Below are positions 21,408 through 31,113 of a stretch of 64,000 bases of DNA, piece by piece. The translations under genes were made by a program, and so were the position numbers. The notes under the pieces are model-generated. The model did no database searches, had not been told where the DNA came from, and was given only the letters and a program-made list of their open reading frames with translations. The DNA is from Actinomycetes bacterium (lineage in GTDB: Bacteria > Actinomycetota > Acidimicrobiia > Acidimicrobiales > RAAP-2). The stretch covers positions 11,840-75,839 of the forward strand of contig JAJYEQ010000004.1 of assembly GCA_021785695.1 (NCBI GenBank), given 5' to 3'. How positions within the stretch are numbered: position 1 is the first letter of the stretch; each line of letters opens with the position of its first letter.

Positions 21408-23072
21408 ATGACCTACGACACGGCTCGCCAGGCCCTGCGCGCCTGGCGCGACGAGCTGCCCGCGGACCCCTACAGCGACGACCGGCTGCTGCGCGACCTG
21501 CTGGCCCACTACCTCGACGCGGACCGGCGCGCCGCCCTGGACATCGCGGCCGCCAGCTTCGCGCGGGCCCTCACCGGGGTGATCGCCCCGCGCGCCGCCC
21601 GCTACGACCGCCGCCACGACCCCGAGCACGTGGCCTACGACGGGCTGGGCGAGCGCATCGACGCCGTCGAGTTCGACCCCGGCTACCACGAGGCCGGCGC
21701 GGCCGTGTGGGCCAGCCGCGTGGTGGCCCACAGTGGCGAGCCGGGTCGGGCCTTCGAGCAGGCGACGCTGCTGCTGCTGTTGTCGCTGGAGGGGGAGGCG
21801 GGCCACGCCTGCCCGGCGACGTGCACCATCGGCCTGGCCCGCGCGCTGCGCCGCCGGGCCAGCGACGACGTACGGGCCCGCTTCCTGCCCGCCCTGCTCG
21901 ATCCCGACTACGCCCGCGCCGCCCGCGGCGCCCAGTTCCTGACCGAGGTCCAGGGGGGATCCGACGTGGGGGCCAACGCGTGCGTGGCCACGCCCGACGG
22001 GGAGCTCTTCCGCATCAGCGGGGAGAAGTGGTTCTGCTCGGTCGCCGACGCCGACCAGTTCTTCGTGACCGCGCGCGTCGCGGGGGGGCCCGCCGGGACG
22101 GCGGGGATCGGCAGCTTCGTGGTGCCCCGCGAGATCGACGGGCGACCCAACGGCTTTCGCCTGCGGCGCCTGAAGGACAAGCTGGGCACGCGCGGCCTGG
22201 CCTCGGGCGAGATCGACTTCACCGAGGCGGTGGCCTGGCCCATCGGGGAGCTGGCCGACGGGATCCGCACGGCGGTGGGCATCGTGCTCAACACCTCCCG
22301 CTGGATGACGGCGGTCGGCTCGGCCGGCCTGGCCCGGCGGGCCCGGCGCGAGGCCCTGGCCTACGCCCACCACCGCGAGGCCTTCGGCCGGCGCATCGAG
22401 GAGTTCGGATCGCTGCGCCGCCTGCTGGCGTCGATCTGCGCCCAGGCCGACGGGTCCTTGGCCCTGGTGATGGCGCTCACCGACCTCGAGGACCGCCTCG
22501 ACGGAGGCGCCAGCGACCCGGCGACCGTCGCGGCGCACCGCTTCTGGGTCAACGTCGCCAAGTACCTGGCCTCGCGCCAGGCGACGGCCGCGGTGCGCGA
22601 CGCCATCGAGGTCCTCGGGGGCAACGGGACCATCGAGGAGTTCAGCGTCCTGCCCCGCCTCTACCGCGACGCCATCGTCTACGAGTCCTGGGAGGGCACC
22701 CACAACGTGCTGGCCGCCCAGGTGATGAACGACCTGCGCCGCTTGGAGCTGCTCGAGCCCGCCGCCGACCTGGTGCGGCAGGCCGCGGCCGGCACGCCGC
22801 TGGCCGCGGCGATCGACGAGCAGATGGCCCCGGCGCTGGCCGGGCTGGCGCGATGCCGCCGGGACGCCGAGCACGCCGCCTGGCACGGGCGTGACCACCT
22901 CGACCGGCTCGGCCTGTGCGCCGAGGCCGCGCTGCTGGCGCGCGCTGGGCGCGTGGCCAGCGCCCAGTGGCTGCTCGCCCCGCTGGCCGCCGGCTACGAC
23001 GCGGGCGCCGACGCCGGCTTGGCCGACCGCGTCGACGCGGTGCTGGCCGAGGCCGGACGCCCGGGCAGCTAG
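21408..23072 (+). CDS. acyl-CoA dehydrogenase family protein (AidB-like, long N-terminal extension)
   Basis: ACAD middle and C-terminal domain layout (GAQFLTEVQGGSDV, GEKWFCS, ESWEGTHNV) in a protein of about 554 aa. The ATG at 21408 (MTYDT) is preferred over the track start. Confidence 0.75.
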   Translation: MTYDTARQALRAWRDELPADPYSDDRLLRDLLAHYLDADRRAALDIAAASFARALTGVIAPRAARYDRRHDPEHVAYDGLGERIDAVEFDPGYHEAGAAVWASRVVAHSGEPGRAFEQATLLLLLSLEGEAGHACPATCTIGLARALRRRASDDVRARFLPALLDPDYARAARGAQFLTEVQGGSDVGANACVATPDGELFRISGEKWFCSVADADQFFVTARVAGGPAGTAGIGSFVVPREIDGRPNGFRLRRLKDKLGTRGLASGEIDFTEAVAWPIGELADGIRTAVGIVLNTSRWMTAVGSAGLARRARREALAYAHHREAFGRRIEEFGSLRRLLASICAQADGSLALVMALTDLEDRLDGGASDPATVAAHRFWVNVAKYLASRQATAAVRDAIEVLGGNGTIEEFSVLPRLYRDAIVYESWEGTHNVLAAQVMNDLRRLELLEPAADLVRQAAAGTPLAAAIDEQMAPALAGLARCRRDAEHAAWHGRDHLDRLGLCAEAALLARAGRVASAQWLLAPLAAGYDAGADAGLADRVDAVLAEAGRPGS

Positions 23073-25177
23073 GTGGCGGCCTCGTCGGCGATGCGGGTGG
23101 CCGCGTTGACCGCGTCGACCAGCTCGTCGAGGTGGCTCGTCAGGCCCGCGGACCCGCCGCGGGCCGTGAGGTTGGCGGCCGCCTCGTCGTAGAGCGCGCG
23201 CAGCGCGGGGGCAGGTGGCGGGGACTGGCCCGCGACGCGCGCGGCCAGGCGCGCGAGAGCCGCGTCGAGACCACCGGCCAGCGCCTCGAGCCCGGGGCAC
23301 GCCGGCGCGGTCTCGCCGCGCTCGGCCCCCAGGCGCAGCTCGTGGGTGGCGCGCAAGATGCGCAGGGTGACCGCCAGCAGGGCTCGCCCACTGGCGGGGG
23401 CGAAGCGGGTCGAGGAGGGCTCCTCGACCGAACGCCCGACCGCCGCCTCGGCACGGCCCCAGGCGACGCGCGCGGCGCGCGAGGCGCTGGCCAGGCTCTC
23501 GGGGGTCCCCCCGGTGCCGGCCACCAGGCGCAGGCTTCCCGCCAGGTAGGTCTCCAGGGCCGTGAAGAGCCCGCTCAGGCTGGCGCGCACCCCCGCCTCG
23601 GCCGAGGTCGGCCACACCAGGTAGCTGGCGACGGCGATCGCCCCCCCGAGGGCCACGTCGACCAGGCGGTCGAGCGCGGTGCGCGAGGGATCGGGCAGCG
23701 ACGTCGACAGGAGCACCAGCACCAGCGCGGTGATGAACGTGACCCCGAGGGGGAAGCTCGCGGTCCAGGTGGTGAAGGCCGCCCAGGCCAGCAGGGAGAC
23801 GAGGAGGACGTCGGTGCCCAGGTCGGGTCGCAGGGCCCCGATCAGCAGCGCCGCCCCGGCCGCGCCCAGCGCCGTGCCGGCCACGCGGCCGGTGCCGCGG
23901 CGCCACAAGGTCGCGTAGTCGGCGCGCAGGACGACGGCCACCGCAAAGGGCACCCAGTAGCCGCGGGTCAGGTGGAAGCCGAGGGCGATGGCGGTCGCCA
24001 GCGGCACGGCCACCGCCAGGCGCAGCGCGTGGCGCCCGGCGCTGGTGTGGAGGGACAGCCCGTCGCGCAGCACGGCGGCCGCGGTGCGAGCGTCGCTCGG
24101 CTCGGCCCGGCGCCACGTCGGCGAGACGTGCCAGGCCCGCCGCTCGCCGCTCACCGCCTCGGTCACGCCGAGGCGCAGGGCCCGCAGCTGGCCGGCCAGC
24201 GAGTGCAGGTGCGCGACGTACTGGCCCATCACCACGTCCCCGAGGAGCTCCTCGGGGCGGCCCAGGGGCGCCAGCGCCACCGCGACCGGGTCGTGGGCCG
24301 GGGGCGGCGGGGCACTCCCGGAGCGCAGGGTGGCCGCGATGACGTCGAGCTCGTCGGCCACGGCCCGGCGCGCCGCGGCCAGCTCGGGGCGCGCGGCCTG
24401 GGGTGCCTCCAGGCGCAGGCGCAGCCCGGCCAGCGCGGTCAGCTCCAGGCGCACGCGCTTGAGCTGCTCGAGGGTGGCGCGCAGGTCGCGCACGTCGCTG
24501 CGCCCGAACAGGGCGGGCGAGCTGAGCGCGTCCTCGGCCTCGTCGAGGACGCGCAGTGCGGGGATGGCCGAGCCGCCGGCCGGTCCCCGGGCCAGCTCGG
24601 CCACCGCCGTGACGGCGTTGACCAGGCGGTGGCGCTGGTAGCGCAGCGAGGGCGGCAGGCGCAGGACCAGCAGGGCCAGCACCTGGCCGACGGCGCCCAC
24701 CACCACGGCCAGGCCCACCTGGGCGGCCGCCACCCAGGACCCGGCGAACTGGCCGAGCAGCAGGTAGGCGATGATCGACTGGGTCCCGATGGCGGCCGGC
24801 GTCTGGCCGAGCGCCACCAGCAGTCCGGCCCCGTAGCACAGGGGCACCAGCAAGGCGACGTGGACCCACGGGGTGCCCACGCTCAGGGTGCCGACGAAGG
24901 CGCTCAGCGCCAGCGCGGCCGCATCGGCCAGGGCCAGGGGCACCGAGAGCCGGGGGGACGCCGTCAGCGAGACGATGCCGATCAGCTCGGCGCCCACGGC
25001 GGCCGCGATGGCCAGACCGACCGGGGAGGTCGCCAGGCCCAGGGCCAGGATCCCCGCGACCGGCAGGGCGGTGATGGCGCCGGTCACCGGGGAGAACTGG
25101 TGGCGCTCGACGCGCAGCACCTCGCGCGCGGCCGCGCGCCAGGACCGCCGCGGGGGGGCGAGGGCGGGGCTGGTCAC
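23069..25177 (-). CDS. FUSC/ArAE-like integral membrane protein (putative aromatic-acid/fusaric-acid type exporter)
   Basis: 702 aa with two hydrophobic multi-helix blocks separated and followed by long helical soluble regions, as in the YccS/FUSC family. Assignment is by architecture. Confidence 0.55.
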   Translation of the reverse strand: MTSPALAPPRRSWRAAAREVLRVERHQFSPVTGAITALPVAGILALGLATSPVGLAIAAAVGAELIGIVSLTASPRLSVPLALADAAALALSAFVGTLSVGTPWVHVALLVPLCYGAGLLVALGQTPAAIGTQSIIAYLLLGQFAGSWVAAAQVGLAVVVGAVGQVLALLVLRLPPSLRYQRHRLVNAVTAVAELARGPAGGSAIPALRVLDEAEDALSSPALFGRSDVRDLRATLEQLKRVRLELTALAGLRLRLEAPQAARPELAAARRAVADELDVIAATLRSGSAPPPPAHDPVAVALAPLGRPEELLGDVVMGQYVAHLHSLAGQLRALRLGVTEAVSGERRAWHVSPTWRRAEPSDARTAAAVLRDGLSLHTSAGRHALRLAVAVPLATAIALGFHLTRGYWVPFAVAVVLRADYATLWRRGTGRVAGTALGAAGAALLIGALRPDLGTDVLLVSLLAWAAFTTWTASFPLGVTFITALVLVLLSTSLPDPSRTALDRLVDVALGGAIAVASYLVWPTSAEAGVRASLSGLFTALETYLAGSLRLVAGTGGTPESLASASRAARVAWGRAEAAVGRSVEEPSSTRFAPASGRALLAVTLRILRATHELRLGAERGETAPACPGLEALAGGLDAALARLAARVAGQSPPPAPALRALYDEAAANLTARGGSAGLTSHLDELVDAVNAATRIADEAAT

Positions 25178-25262
25178 GCCGTCACGCTACCCGCGGCCCT
25201 CCTGAAAACTTTCCAGATTCGAGCGCGTCGACGCCACGGATCGGCCGTGCCAGGATGACCGG

Positions 25263-26165
25263 ATGGGGGGCTTTCGACTGGGGACGTTCACGCCGTCGGT
25301 GCTGCTCGAGGTGGCGCGCCGAGACGGGCGCCTGGCCCGCGCGGGACTCGAGGTCACCGAGGTCGCCGTCACGTCGTCGCCCCAGCAGTTCGCCTCGCTG
25401 GCCGCCGGCGAGTACGAGGCCGTCTTCACCAGTCCCGACAACGTCCTGGCCTACCACTTCTTGTCGCACAACCCCCTGGGGCAGCGCCGGGCCCTGGAGG
25501 TCGTGGCGGCCCTCGACGGCGGGCTCGGGCTGGCCCTGGCCCTGGCGCCGGGGGCCAGCGACGTGACCGCCCTGGCGCACGGACCTCTCGGCGTCGACGT
25601 GGCCACCTCCGGGTTCGCCTTCGTCGCCTACGCGCTGCTCGAGCGCCGGGGCCAGGCGCCGGGCGACTACGAGGTCGTGGCCCTGGGCTCGACGCCGGCC
25701 CGGGCCGCGGCCCTGCTCGCTGGTGGCTGCGCGGCCACCATCGTGAATGCGGGCAACGACCAGCGCGTGGCGAGCGCCGGGGCCACCCTGGTGGCGACGG
25801 TCGCCGAGCTGGGGCCCTACCTCGGCGGGGTGCTGGCCGCCGAGGCCGGGGGCCGCCGGGACGCCCGGGCCGCGCGCGAGCGCCTGGCTGACGCGCTGGT
25901 CGCCACCGCGGCCGAGGTCCGCGCCGGCGCGCGCGAGCGCGACGTCGTCGAGGTGGCCGAGGACCTGCTCGGGCTGAGCGCCGCCGAGGCCCGCGCCCAC
26001 TACCGCGTGCTGTGCGACCCGCGGCACGGCTACGTGCCCGACGGCCGCGTCGACCCGGCCGCCCTGGGCACCCTGATCGACCTGCGCCGGCGCTACCTGC
26101 CCGACCCCGAGCTGGCCGGGCTCGAGGAGCGGGTGGGCGAGGTGCTGCTGGCGCGGGCCCAGTGA
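25263..26165 (+). CDS. periplasmic-binding-fold (NMT1/THI5/SsuA-like) protein without a signal peptide
   Basis: 300-aa ORF with a plausible codon bias. The N-terminal pattern (LGTFTPSVLLEVARRDG.LARAGLEV..V...S..Q.FASLAAGEYEAVF) resembles SsuA/NMT1-type binders. Weak assignment. Confidence 0.45.
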   Translation: MGGFRLGTFTPSVLLEVARRDGRLARAGLEVTEVAVTSSPQQFASLAAGEYEAVFTSPDNVLAYHFLSHNPLGQRRALEVVAALDGGLGLALALAPGASDVTALAHGPLGVDVATSGFAFVAYALLERRGQAPGDYEVVALGSTPARAAALLAGGCAATIVNAGNDQRVASAGATLVATVAELGPYLGGVLAAEAGGRRDARAARERLADALVATAAEVRAGARERDVVEVAEDLLGLSAAEARAHYRVLCDPRHGYVPDGRVDPAALGTLIDLRRRYLPDPELAGLEERVGEVLLARAQ

Positions 26166-26178
26166 GAGTGGAGGAGCC

Positions 26179-27702
26179 ATGACCCCGACGAGCGACCCGA
26201 CTGCCTCGGCCACCACCGACGCGCTACTGGCCCGCCGGCCGCTGTGGGGCGCCTTTATCGGCGGCGCCTTCTGCGAGGTCGGGTCCGCGGAGACCTTCGC
26301 GGTCACCGAGGCGGCCACGGGCCGGGTGCTGGCCCACGTGGAGGCCGCGTCGGCCGACCGGGTCGACGAGGCCGTCACCGACGCGCGTCGTGCCTACGAG
26401 GAGGTCTGGCGCCCGATGTCCCCGCGCGAGCGCGGCCGGCTGATGCGCGAGGTGGCCGTGCACATCCGGCGCCACGCCGACGAGCTGGGCGAGCTGGTGG
26501 CCCGCGAGATGGGCAAGCCTCGCCGCGACGCCCTGCGCGTCGACGTGGTGTCGGCCCACACCTCCTTCGACTACTACGGCGGGATCGCCGAGAGCGTGAC
26601 GGGCCAGATCCTCGACCAGGGGCCCATCGAGGCCCGCGTGGCCTACGAGCCCTACGGCGTGGTCGCCGCGATCCTGCCCTTCAACTGGCCCCCGATCCAC
26701 TTCTCCAAGAAGGCGGCCCCCGCCGTGGCCGTCGGCAACACCGTCGTGATGAAGCCCGGCGACCAGGCGCCCCTGACCGTGTTGCGCCTGGTGGAGATCG
26801 CCAACGAGGTCCTGCCCCCCGGGGTCCTCAACGCCGTGAGCGGGCTGGCGGCCGGTGCCCACCTGGTCGCCCACCCGCGCGTCGAGCGGGTCACCTTCAC
26901 CGGCTCGACGGCCACCGGGCGCCGCGTGCTGGCTGCCGCCGCGCAGAACCTGACCTACGTGACCCTGGAGCTGGGCGGCAAGAACGCCCTCATCGTGCGC
27001 GCCGACGCCGACCTGGCCTCCGCCGTCGACATCGCCATCGAGGGCATGTTCTACAACCAGGGCGAGGCCTGCACCTCGACGTCGCGCATCCTGGTGCACG
27101 CCGAGCGCTACGAGGAGTTCGCCGCGGCCTTCGTCGCGGCCACCGGCCGCCTGGTCATCGGGGACCCGCTAGCCCCCGGCACCGACATCGGCCCGATGGT
27201 CGACGCGCGCCAGCGCGAGCGCGTCGAGGGCTACATCGCGACCGCGCGCGCCGAGGGCGCGACGGTCCTGTTCGAGGCCACGGTGCCCGCGGCCGCCCGG
27301 GCCGCCGGCGGGTACTACGTGGCCCCGATCGTCTTCGGTGACGTGAGCCCCCAGATGACGATCTTTCGCGAGGAGGTCTTCGGGCCGGTGGCCGCGCTGA
27401 CGCGCTTTGGCGACGACGACGAGGCCGTCGCCTTGGCCAACGACTCCCTCTACGGGCTGACGGCGGCCATCTGCACTCGCGACGAAGGGGCCGCGGCCGC
27501 CCTGGCCGCCCGCCTGGAGGTCGGGATGGTGTTCGTCAACAACTACACCCGGCGCACCTTCATCGGCTCACCCTTCGGGGGCGTGAAGGCCTCGGGCTAC
27601 GGGCGCGAGTACGCGCCCGAGACGATGCACGAGTTCGTGCGGGCCAAGAACGTCCGCTTCCCCTCGGGCCGCGGCGAGATCCCGGGCTGGCCGCCCCGCT
27701 AG
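26179..27702 (+). CDS. NAD(P)-dependent aldehyde dehydrogenase
   Basis: ALDH family blocks: FNWPP, VTLELGGKNA (catalytic Glu region), YNQGEACTS (catalytic Cys) and EEVFGPV. RBS GGAGGAG upstream of the ATG at 26179. Confidence 0.9.
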   Translation: MTPTSDPTASATTDALLARRPLWGAFIGGAFCEVGSAETFAVTEAATGRVLAHVEAASADRVDEAVTDARRAYEEVWRPMSPRERGRLMREVAVHIRRHADELGELVAREMGKPRRDALRVDVVSAHTSFDYYGGIAESVTGQILDQGPIEARVAYEPYGVVAAILPFNWPPIHFSKKAAPAVAVGNTVVMKPGDQAPLTVLRLVEIANEVLPPGVLNAVSGLAAGAHLVAHPRVERVTFTGSTATGRRVLAAAAQNLTYVTLELGGKNALIVRADADLASAVDIAIEGMFYNQGEACTSTSRILVHAERYEEFAAAFVAATGRLVIGDPLAPGTDIGPMVDARQRERVEGYIATARAEGATVLFEATVPAAARAAGGYYVAPIVFGDVSPQMTIFREEVFGPVAALTRFGDDDEAVALANDSLYGLTAAICTRDEGAAAALAARLEVGMVFVNNYTRRTFIGSPFGGVKASGYGREYAPETMHEFVRAKNVRFPSGRGEIPGWPPR

Positions 27703-29135
27703 CCCTCGACGGCCACGACGGCCTCGGGGGAGGCCACCGCCCGCGCCGGCCGCAGCAGCACCAGGGCCCCCAGGAACGCGCCGAAGGCCCCCAGGGCCGC
27801 GCCGCGCACGGCCATCTGGTAGCCGTGGACGGCGGCCGCCTGCTGGAGGGCCGCCGTCACGGCACCGCTGGCCAGGACGTGGTGGGCCGCGGTGGCGGCC
27901 ACCGTGACCAAGACGGCCAGGCCGAGCGAGCCGCCGACCTGCTGGCTGGTGTTGAGGAGCGACGAGGCCAGGCCCTGCTCGTGGGGTGCGACGCCGGCGA
28001 GCGCGTTCACCGTGAGGGGCACGAAGGTCAGCCCCATCCCGAGGCCGGCCAGCGCCAGGGGCACGAAGACGTGCCAGTACGAGTCGGTGGGCTGCAGGAG
28101 CGAGGCGCCGAAGATCCCGACGCTGGCCAGCAGCGGGCCGGCCATCAGGAAGGGGCGCACCCCGACGTGGCGGATCCAGCGCTGGACGAGCAGGCTGGAG
28201 CTGGCGACCATGACCGGGATGGGCAGGTAGGCGACGCCGGCGACCAGGGAGGAGTAGTGGAGCTGCTCCTGGAGGAACTGGGTGAGGAAGTAGAGCATCG
28301 ACAGCAGCGCGCCACCGAGCAGCAAGATCACCGCGAACCCGCCGGCGCGGTTGCGATGGCGCAGGAACCCGAGAGGCACCAGGGAGGCCCGCCCGCGCGC
28401 CTCGATGAGGACGAAGGCGCCCAGCACGACCACGCCCAGGGCGAAGGCGCCCAGCGTCGTGGCGTTGGTCCAGCCCGCGTCGGGGGCGTGGATGAGCCCG
28501 TAGACCAGGCTGGCGATGCCGACCGAGGCGGTCAGTGCCCCGGGGACGTCGAGGCGCCCACCGTGGCCGTCGACGGTGGGCAAGACGGTCGGAGCGGCCA
28601 GCACCACGGCGAGCCCAATGGGGACGTTGACGAACAGGACCCAGCGCCACGAGGCGACGTCGACCAGCAGTCCGCCCAGGACCAGGCCGAGTGCTCCGCC
28701 GGCCCCGGTCATCGCCGCGTAGACGGCCATGGCGCGGTGGCGCTCGGGGCCCTCCTCGAAGGTCGTGGCCACCAGGGCCAGCGCGGTCGGCGAGGCGATG
28801 GCCGCGCCGATGCCCTGCAGGGCGCGCGCGGCGATCAGCCAGGCCTGGCTGGTCGCCAGGCCGCCGAGCAGCGAGGCGGCCGCGAACAGCGCGACGCCGA
28901 CGATGAACATGCGCCGGCGCCCGAAGATGTCCCCGACGCGCCCGCCCAGCAGCAGCAGGCCGCCGAAGACCAGCACGTAGGCGTCGATCACCCAGCTGAG
29001 GTTGGTCGTCGAGAACCCGAGCTCGTGCTGGATGGCCGGCAGTGCCACGTTGACGATCGTCAGGTCCAGCATGACCATCAGCTGGGCGGCCGCGATGACC
29101 ACCAGGGCTAGGCGGTGGTGGGGCCGCAGGCTCAC
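27699..29135 (-). CDS. MFS transporter, DHA2 (EmrB/QacA-like, 14-TM) drug:H+ antiporter family
   Basis: LDLTIVNVALP near the N-terminus and motif A GGRVGDIFGRRRMF, with about 14 hydrophobic helices. The GTG at 29135 overlaps the methyltransferase TGA (GTGA). The track start at 29159 is an alternative. Confidence 0.85.
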   Translation of the reverse strand: MSLRPHHRLALVVIAAAQLMVMLDLTIVNVALPAIQHELGFSTTNLSWVIDAYVLVFGGLLLLGGRVGDIFGRRRMFIVGVALFAAASLLGGLATSQAWLIAARALQGIGAAIASPTALALVATTFEEGPERHRAMAVYAAMTGAGGALGLVLGGLLVDVASWRWVLFVNVPIGLAVVLAAPTVLPTVDGHGGRLDVPGALTASVGIASLVYGLIHAPDAGWTNATTLGAFALGVVVLGAFVLIEARGRASLVPLGFLRHRNRAGGFAVILLLGGALLSMLYFLTQFLQEQLHYSSLVAGVAYLPIPVMVASSSLLVQRWIRHVGVRPFLMAGPLLASVGIFGASLLQPTDSYWHVFVPLALAGLGMGLTFVPLTVNALAGVAPHEQGLASSLLNTSQQVGGSLGLAVLVTVAATAAHHVLASGAVTAALQQAAAVHGYQMAVRGAALGAFGAFLGALVLLRPARAVASPEAVVAVEG

Positions 29136-29761
29136 GGAGCCACCGGGCGCGAGGCCCACAGCAGCACGTCGACGACGGGGCGGTCGCTGCCGTCCTCCAG
29201 GGCGCGCTCGATGCGCTCGAGGCGCTCGACGTGGAGGTCGGCGAAGGCGGCGGCCAGCTCGTCTGGCTCGTAGAGGCGCTCAACCATCGGCGGGCCGGCC
29301 AGGCCCAGCGCGTCGCGGTGGTGCCCGACGAGGTAGAGATGCCCTCCCGGGGCCAGGGCCTGCTGGGCCGTGGCGAACAGGTGGGGCCGCTCGGCGGGGG
29401 CCAGGTGGATGTTGGCCACGACGACCAGGTCGTAGGTCGCGGCCGGCTCGTAGTCGGTCAGGTCCGCCCGGATCAGCGTCAGGGAGCCGGGCAGGCCGAC
29501 CGCGGCGGCGCGTGCCTGGTCGAGGCCGACGGCCGAGGAGTCGACGCCCGTCACCGCCCAGCCGACCGACGCCAGGTGGACGGCGTTGCGCCCGGTCCCA
29601 CAACCCAGGTCGAGCGCGGTTCCCCCCTCGAGGGTGGCCGCGAGCGCGACCAGCTCGGCGTCGGGCACGCTCGACCAGCCGGTCGTCGCGTAGCGCTGGT
29701 CCCACGTGGCCGGCCCGTCGCCGCCCGCGGCGTTGTGGTGGTGGTGATGATGATGATCCAT
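29132..29761 (-). CDS. class I SAM-dependent methyltransferase with a native N-terminal His7 tract
   Basis: SAM motif I LDLGCGTGRN, with a size and layout like TehB/small-molecule methyltransferases. The N-terminus is MDHHHHHHHN (3 CAT + 4 CAC codons). The real start is the ATG at 29761; the 333-aa track ORF is an over-extension. Confidence 0.8.
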   Translation of the reverse strand: MDHHHHHHHNAAGGDGPATWDQRYATTGWSSVPDAELVALAATLEGGTALDLGCGTGRNAVHLASVGWAVTGVDSSAVGLDQARAAAVGLPGSLTLIRADLTDYEPAATYDLVVVANIHLAPAERPHLFATAQQALAPGGHLYLVGHHRDALGLAGPPMVERLYEPDELAAAFADLHVERLERIERALEDGSDRPVVDVLLWASRPVAP

Positions 29762-29763
29762 GG

Positions 29764-30219
29764 TCAGCCTTTCGTCGGGGGGACCAGACTCGCCTCGAGC
29801 TGGTCGAGGGCGGCGCGCAGCTGGGCAGTCGCCGCGGGGCCCAGGGCGGCCACCACGGAGCCCTCGCGATCCGCGGCGCGGCGCTCGATCTCGCCCACCA
29901 GGACCGCGCCGGCCGCGGTGACGCGGAGCGCCCGGGGCCGGCCCTCGCCCTGCCGGGTGCTCGCGACCAGGCCGCGGGCCTCGAGCGCGTCGACGCAGCG
30001 CTTGGTCGACATCGGGTCCGAGGCGAGGATCCGGGCCAGCTGGCGCAGCGCGGCGCCGGGCTGGGCGGCCACCACGCGCAGTGCGGCCGCCTCGGGGGGC
30101 TCGACGCCGAGGTCGGCCAGCTGGTCGCGCCACTGGGCGCGCAGCGCGCGGGCCAGGCGGCTCAGGCGGAAGCCGACGCTCTCGGTGACCCGGGGGGCGC
30201 GCGTCGGGGACGGGGACAT
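29764..30219 (-). CDS. MarR-family transcriptional regulator
   Basis: 151-aa winged-HTH protein (LRQLARILASDPMSTKRCVDALEARGLV). Its stop lies 2 nt before the methyltransferase ATG. Confidence 0.85.
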   Translation of the reverse strand: MSPSPTRAPRVTESVGFRLSRLARALRAQWRDQLADLGVEPPEAAALRVVAAQPGAALRQLARILASDPMSTKRCVDALEARGLVASTRQGEGRPRALRVTAAGAVLVGEIERRAADREGSVVAALGPAATAQLRAALDQLEASLVPPTKG

Positions 30220-30222
30220 GGG

Positions 30223-30255
30223 CGTTAGCGTAACGGGCGTGACAGTTGGCGTGAC
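30223..30255. promoter_or_regulatory. candidate MarR operator: palindrome CGTTAGCGTAACG plus direct repeat GGCGTGAC x2
   Basis: The palindrome is at 30223-30235, immediately upstream of the marR start. GGCGTGAC occurs at 30236-30243 and 30248-30255 (12-bp spacing), in the 51-bp divergent intergenic region. Confidence 0.35.
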
Positions 30256-30270
30256 CGGGCCGGGCGCCCC

Positions 30271-31113
30271 GTGAGGGGCCCGCGCGACCGGTCGGGCTCG
30301 GGCCTGCCCCCCGCGCTCGTCGGGGACCTGCTCAGTGGGCTGGTCCTGGTGGGAGCGGGGGCCAACGTGGTGTGGCAGCTGAGCCACCCGGCCGTCGGCC
30401 ACGCGGTGGCCGCCGAGCCCGTGCCCGAGGGTTCGCTGCGCCGCCACCCCGGGCGCCGCACGCGCACGACGCTGGCGTACCTCGCGGTCTGCCTGGTGGG
30501 CACCGACGCCGAGTGCCGCGCCCTGGGGCGCGCGATCACCGCCGAGCACCGCCGCGTGCGCTCGGCGCGCGAGGCCCCGGTGCCCTACGACGCCCTCGAT
30601 CCCGGCCTCCAGCTGTGGGTCGCCGCCTGCCTGTTCCAGGGGGCCATCGAGGTGCTCTCAGCCCTTACCCCGGACCCGGTGCCTGAGGCCGACCTCGACG
30701 CGCTCTATCGCCACGCCGCGCGCCTCGCCACCACCTTGCAGGTGCCCGCCGCGGCCTGGCCCGCCGATCGGGCCGCCCTGGCGCGCTACGTCGCGGCGGG
30801 GCTGGCGTCGGCGCGCCTCGACCCGGTGACGCGGGTCTACCTGCGCGAGGTGCTCGACCTGACGGCGTTCCCGTGGCCCCTGCGTGCGCTCGCCCCGCTG
30901 TCGCGGGCCCTGGCCGCGACGTTCCTGCCCCCGCACCTGCGCGAGGACCTCGGCCTGGATCTCAGCGCGGACGCCGAGCGGCGCCTGCGCCGGGGCCTGC
31001 GCCAGGTGGCGCGCGTGCATCGTCACCTCCCGCCGGTCCTGCGCGCCCTGCCGTTCTCCTGGGTGCTCGCCGACCTGCGCCGCCGCCTACGCGCCGGCCG
31101 GCCCCTCCTGTAG
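30271..31113 (+). CDS. MpaB/DUF2236-family oxygenase-like protein
   Basis: 280 aa. The N-terminal pattern (GAGANVVWQLSHPAVGHAV...GSLRRHPGRRTRTTLAYL) and the all-helical remainder match my recollection of DUF2236 proteins. Confidence 0.6.
   Translation: MRGPRDRSGSGLPPALVGDLLSGLVLVGAGANVVWQLSHPAVGHAVAAEPVPEGSLRRHPGRRTRTTLAYLAVCLVGTDAECRALGRAITAEHRRVRSAREAPVPYDALDPGLQLWVAACLFQGAIEVLSALTPDPVPEADLDALYRHAARLATTLQVPAAAWPADRAALARYVAAGLASARLDPVTRVYLREVLDLTAFPWPLRALAPLSRALAATFLPPHLREDLGLDLSADAERRLRRGLRQVARVHRHLPPVLRALPFSWVLADLRRRLRAGRPLL

Noticed and set aside
21312-24869. 1185-aa ORF on the minus strand. Similar very long ORFs include 583..3078, 3832..5541, 4898..6631, 6697..8523, 9733..11439, 17403..18809, 58617..60782, 61398..63431 and 61595..63907.
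   Set aside because: Their translations are monotonous R/G/P/A/D-rich strings with no motifs. They lie antisense or out of frame to genes with clear family signatures. This is the typical stop-codon-poor shadow-ORF pattern of very GC-rich DNA.
29735-29755. The His7 tract at the methyltransferase N-terminus as a possible cloning or expression-vector artefact.
   Set aside because: There are no vector-like flanks such as a linker or protease site. The codons are mixed CAT/CAC, and the gene sits in a coherent native operon with coupled junctions. I treat it as a natural His-rich tract.
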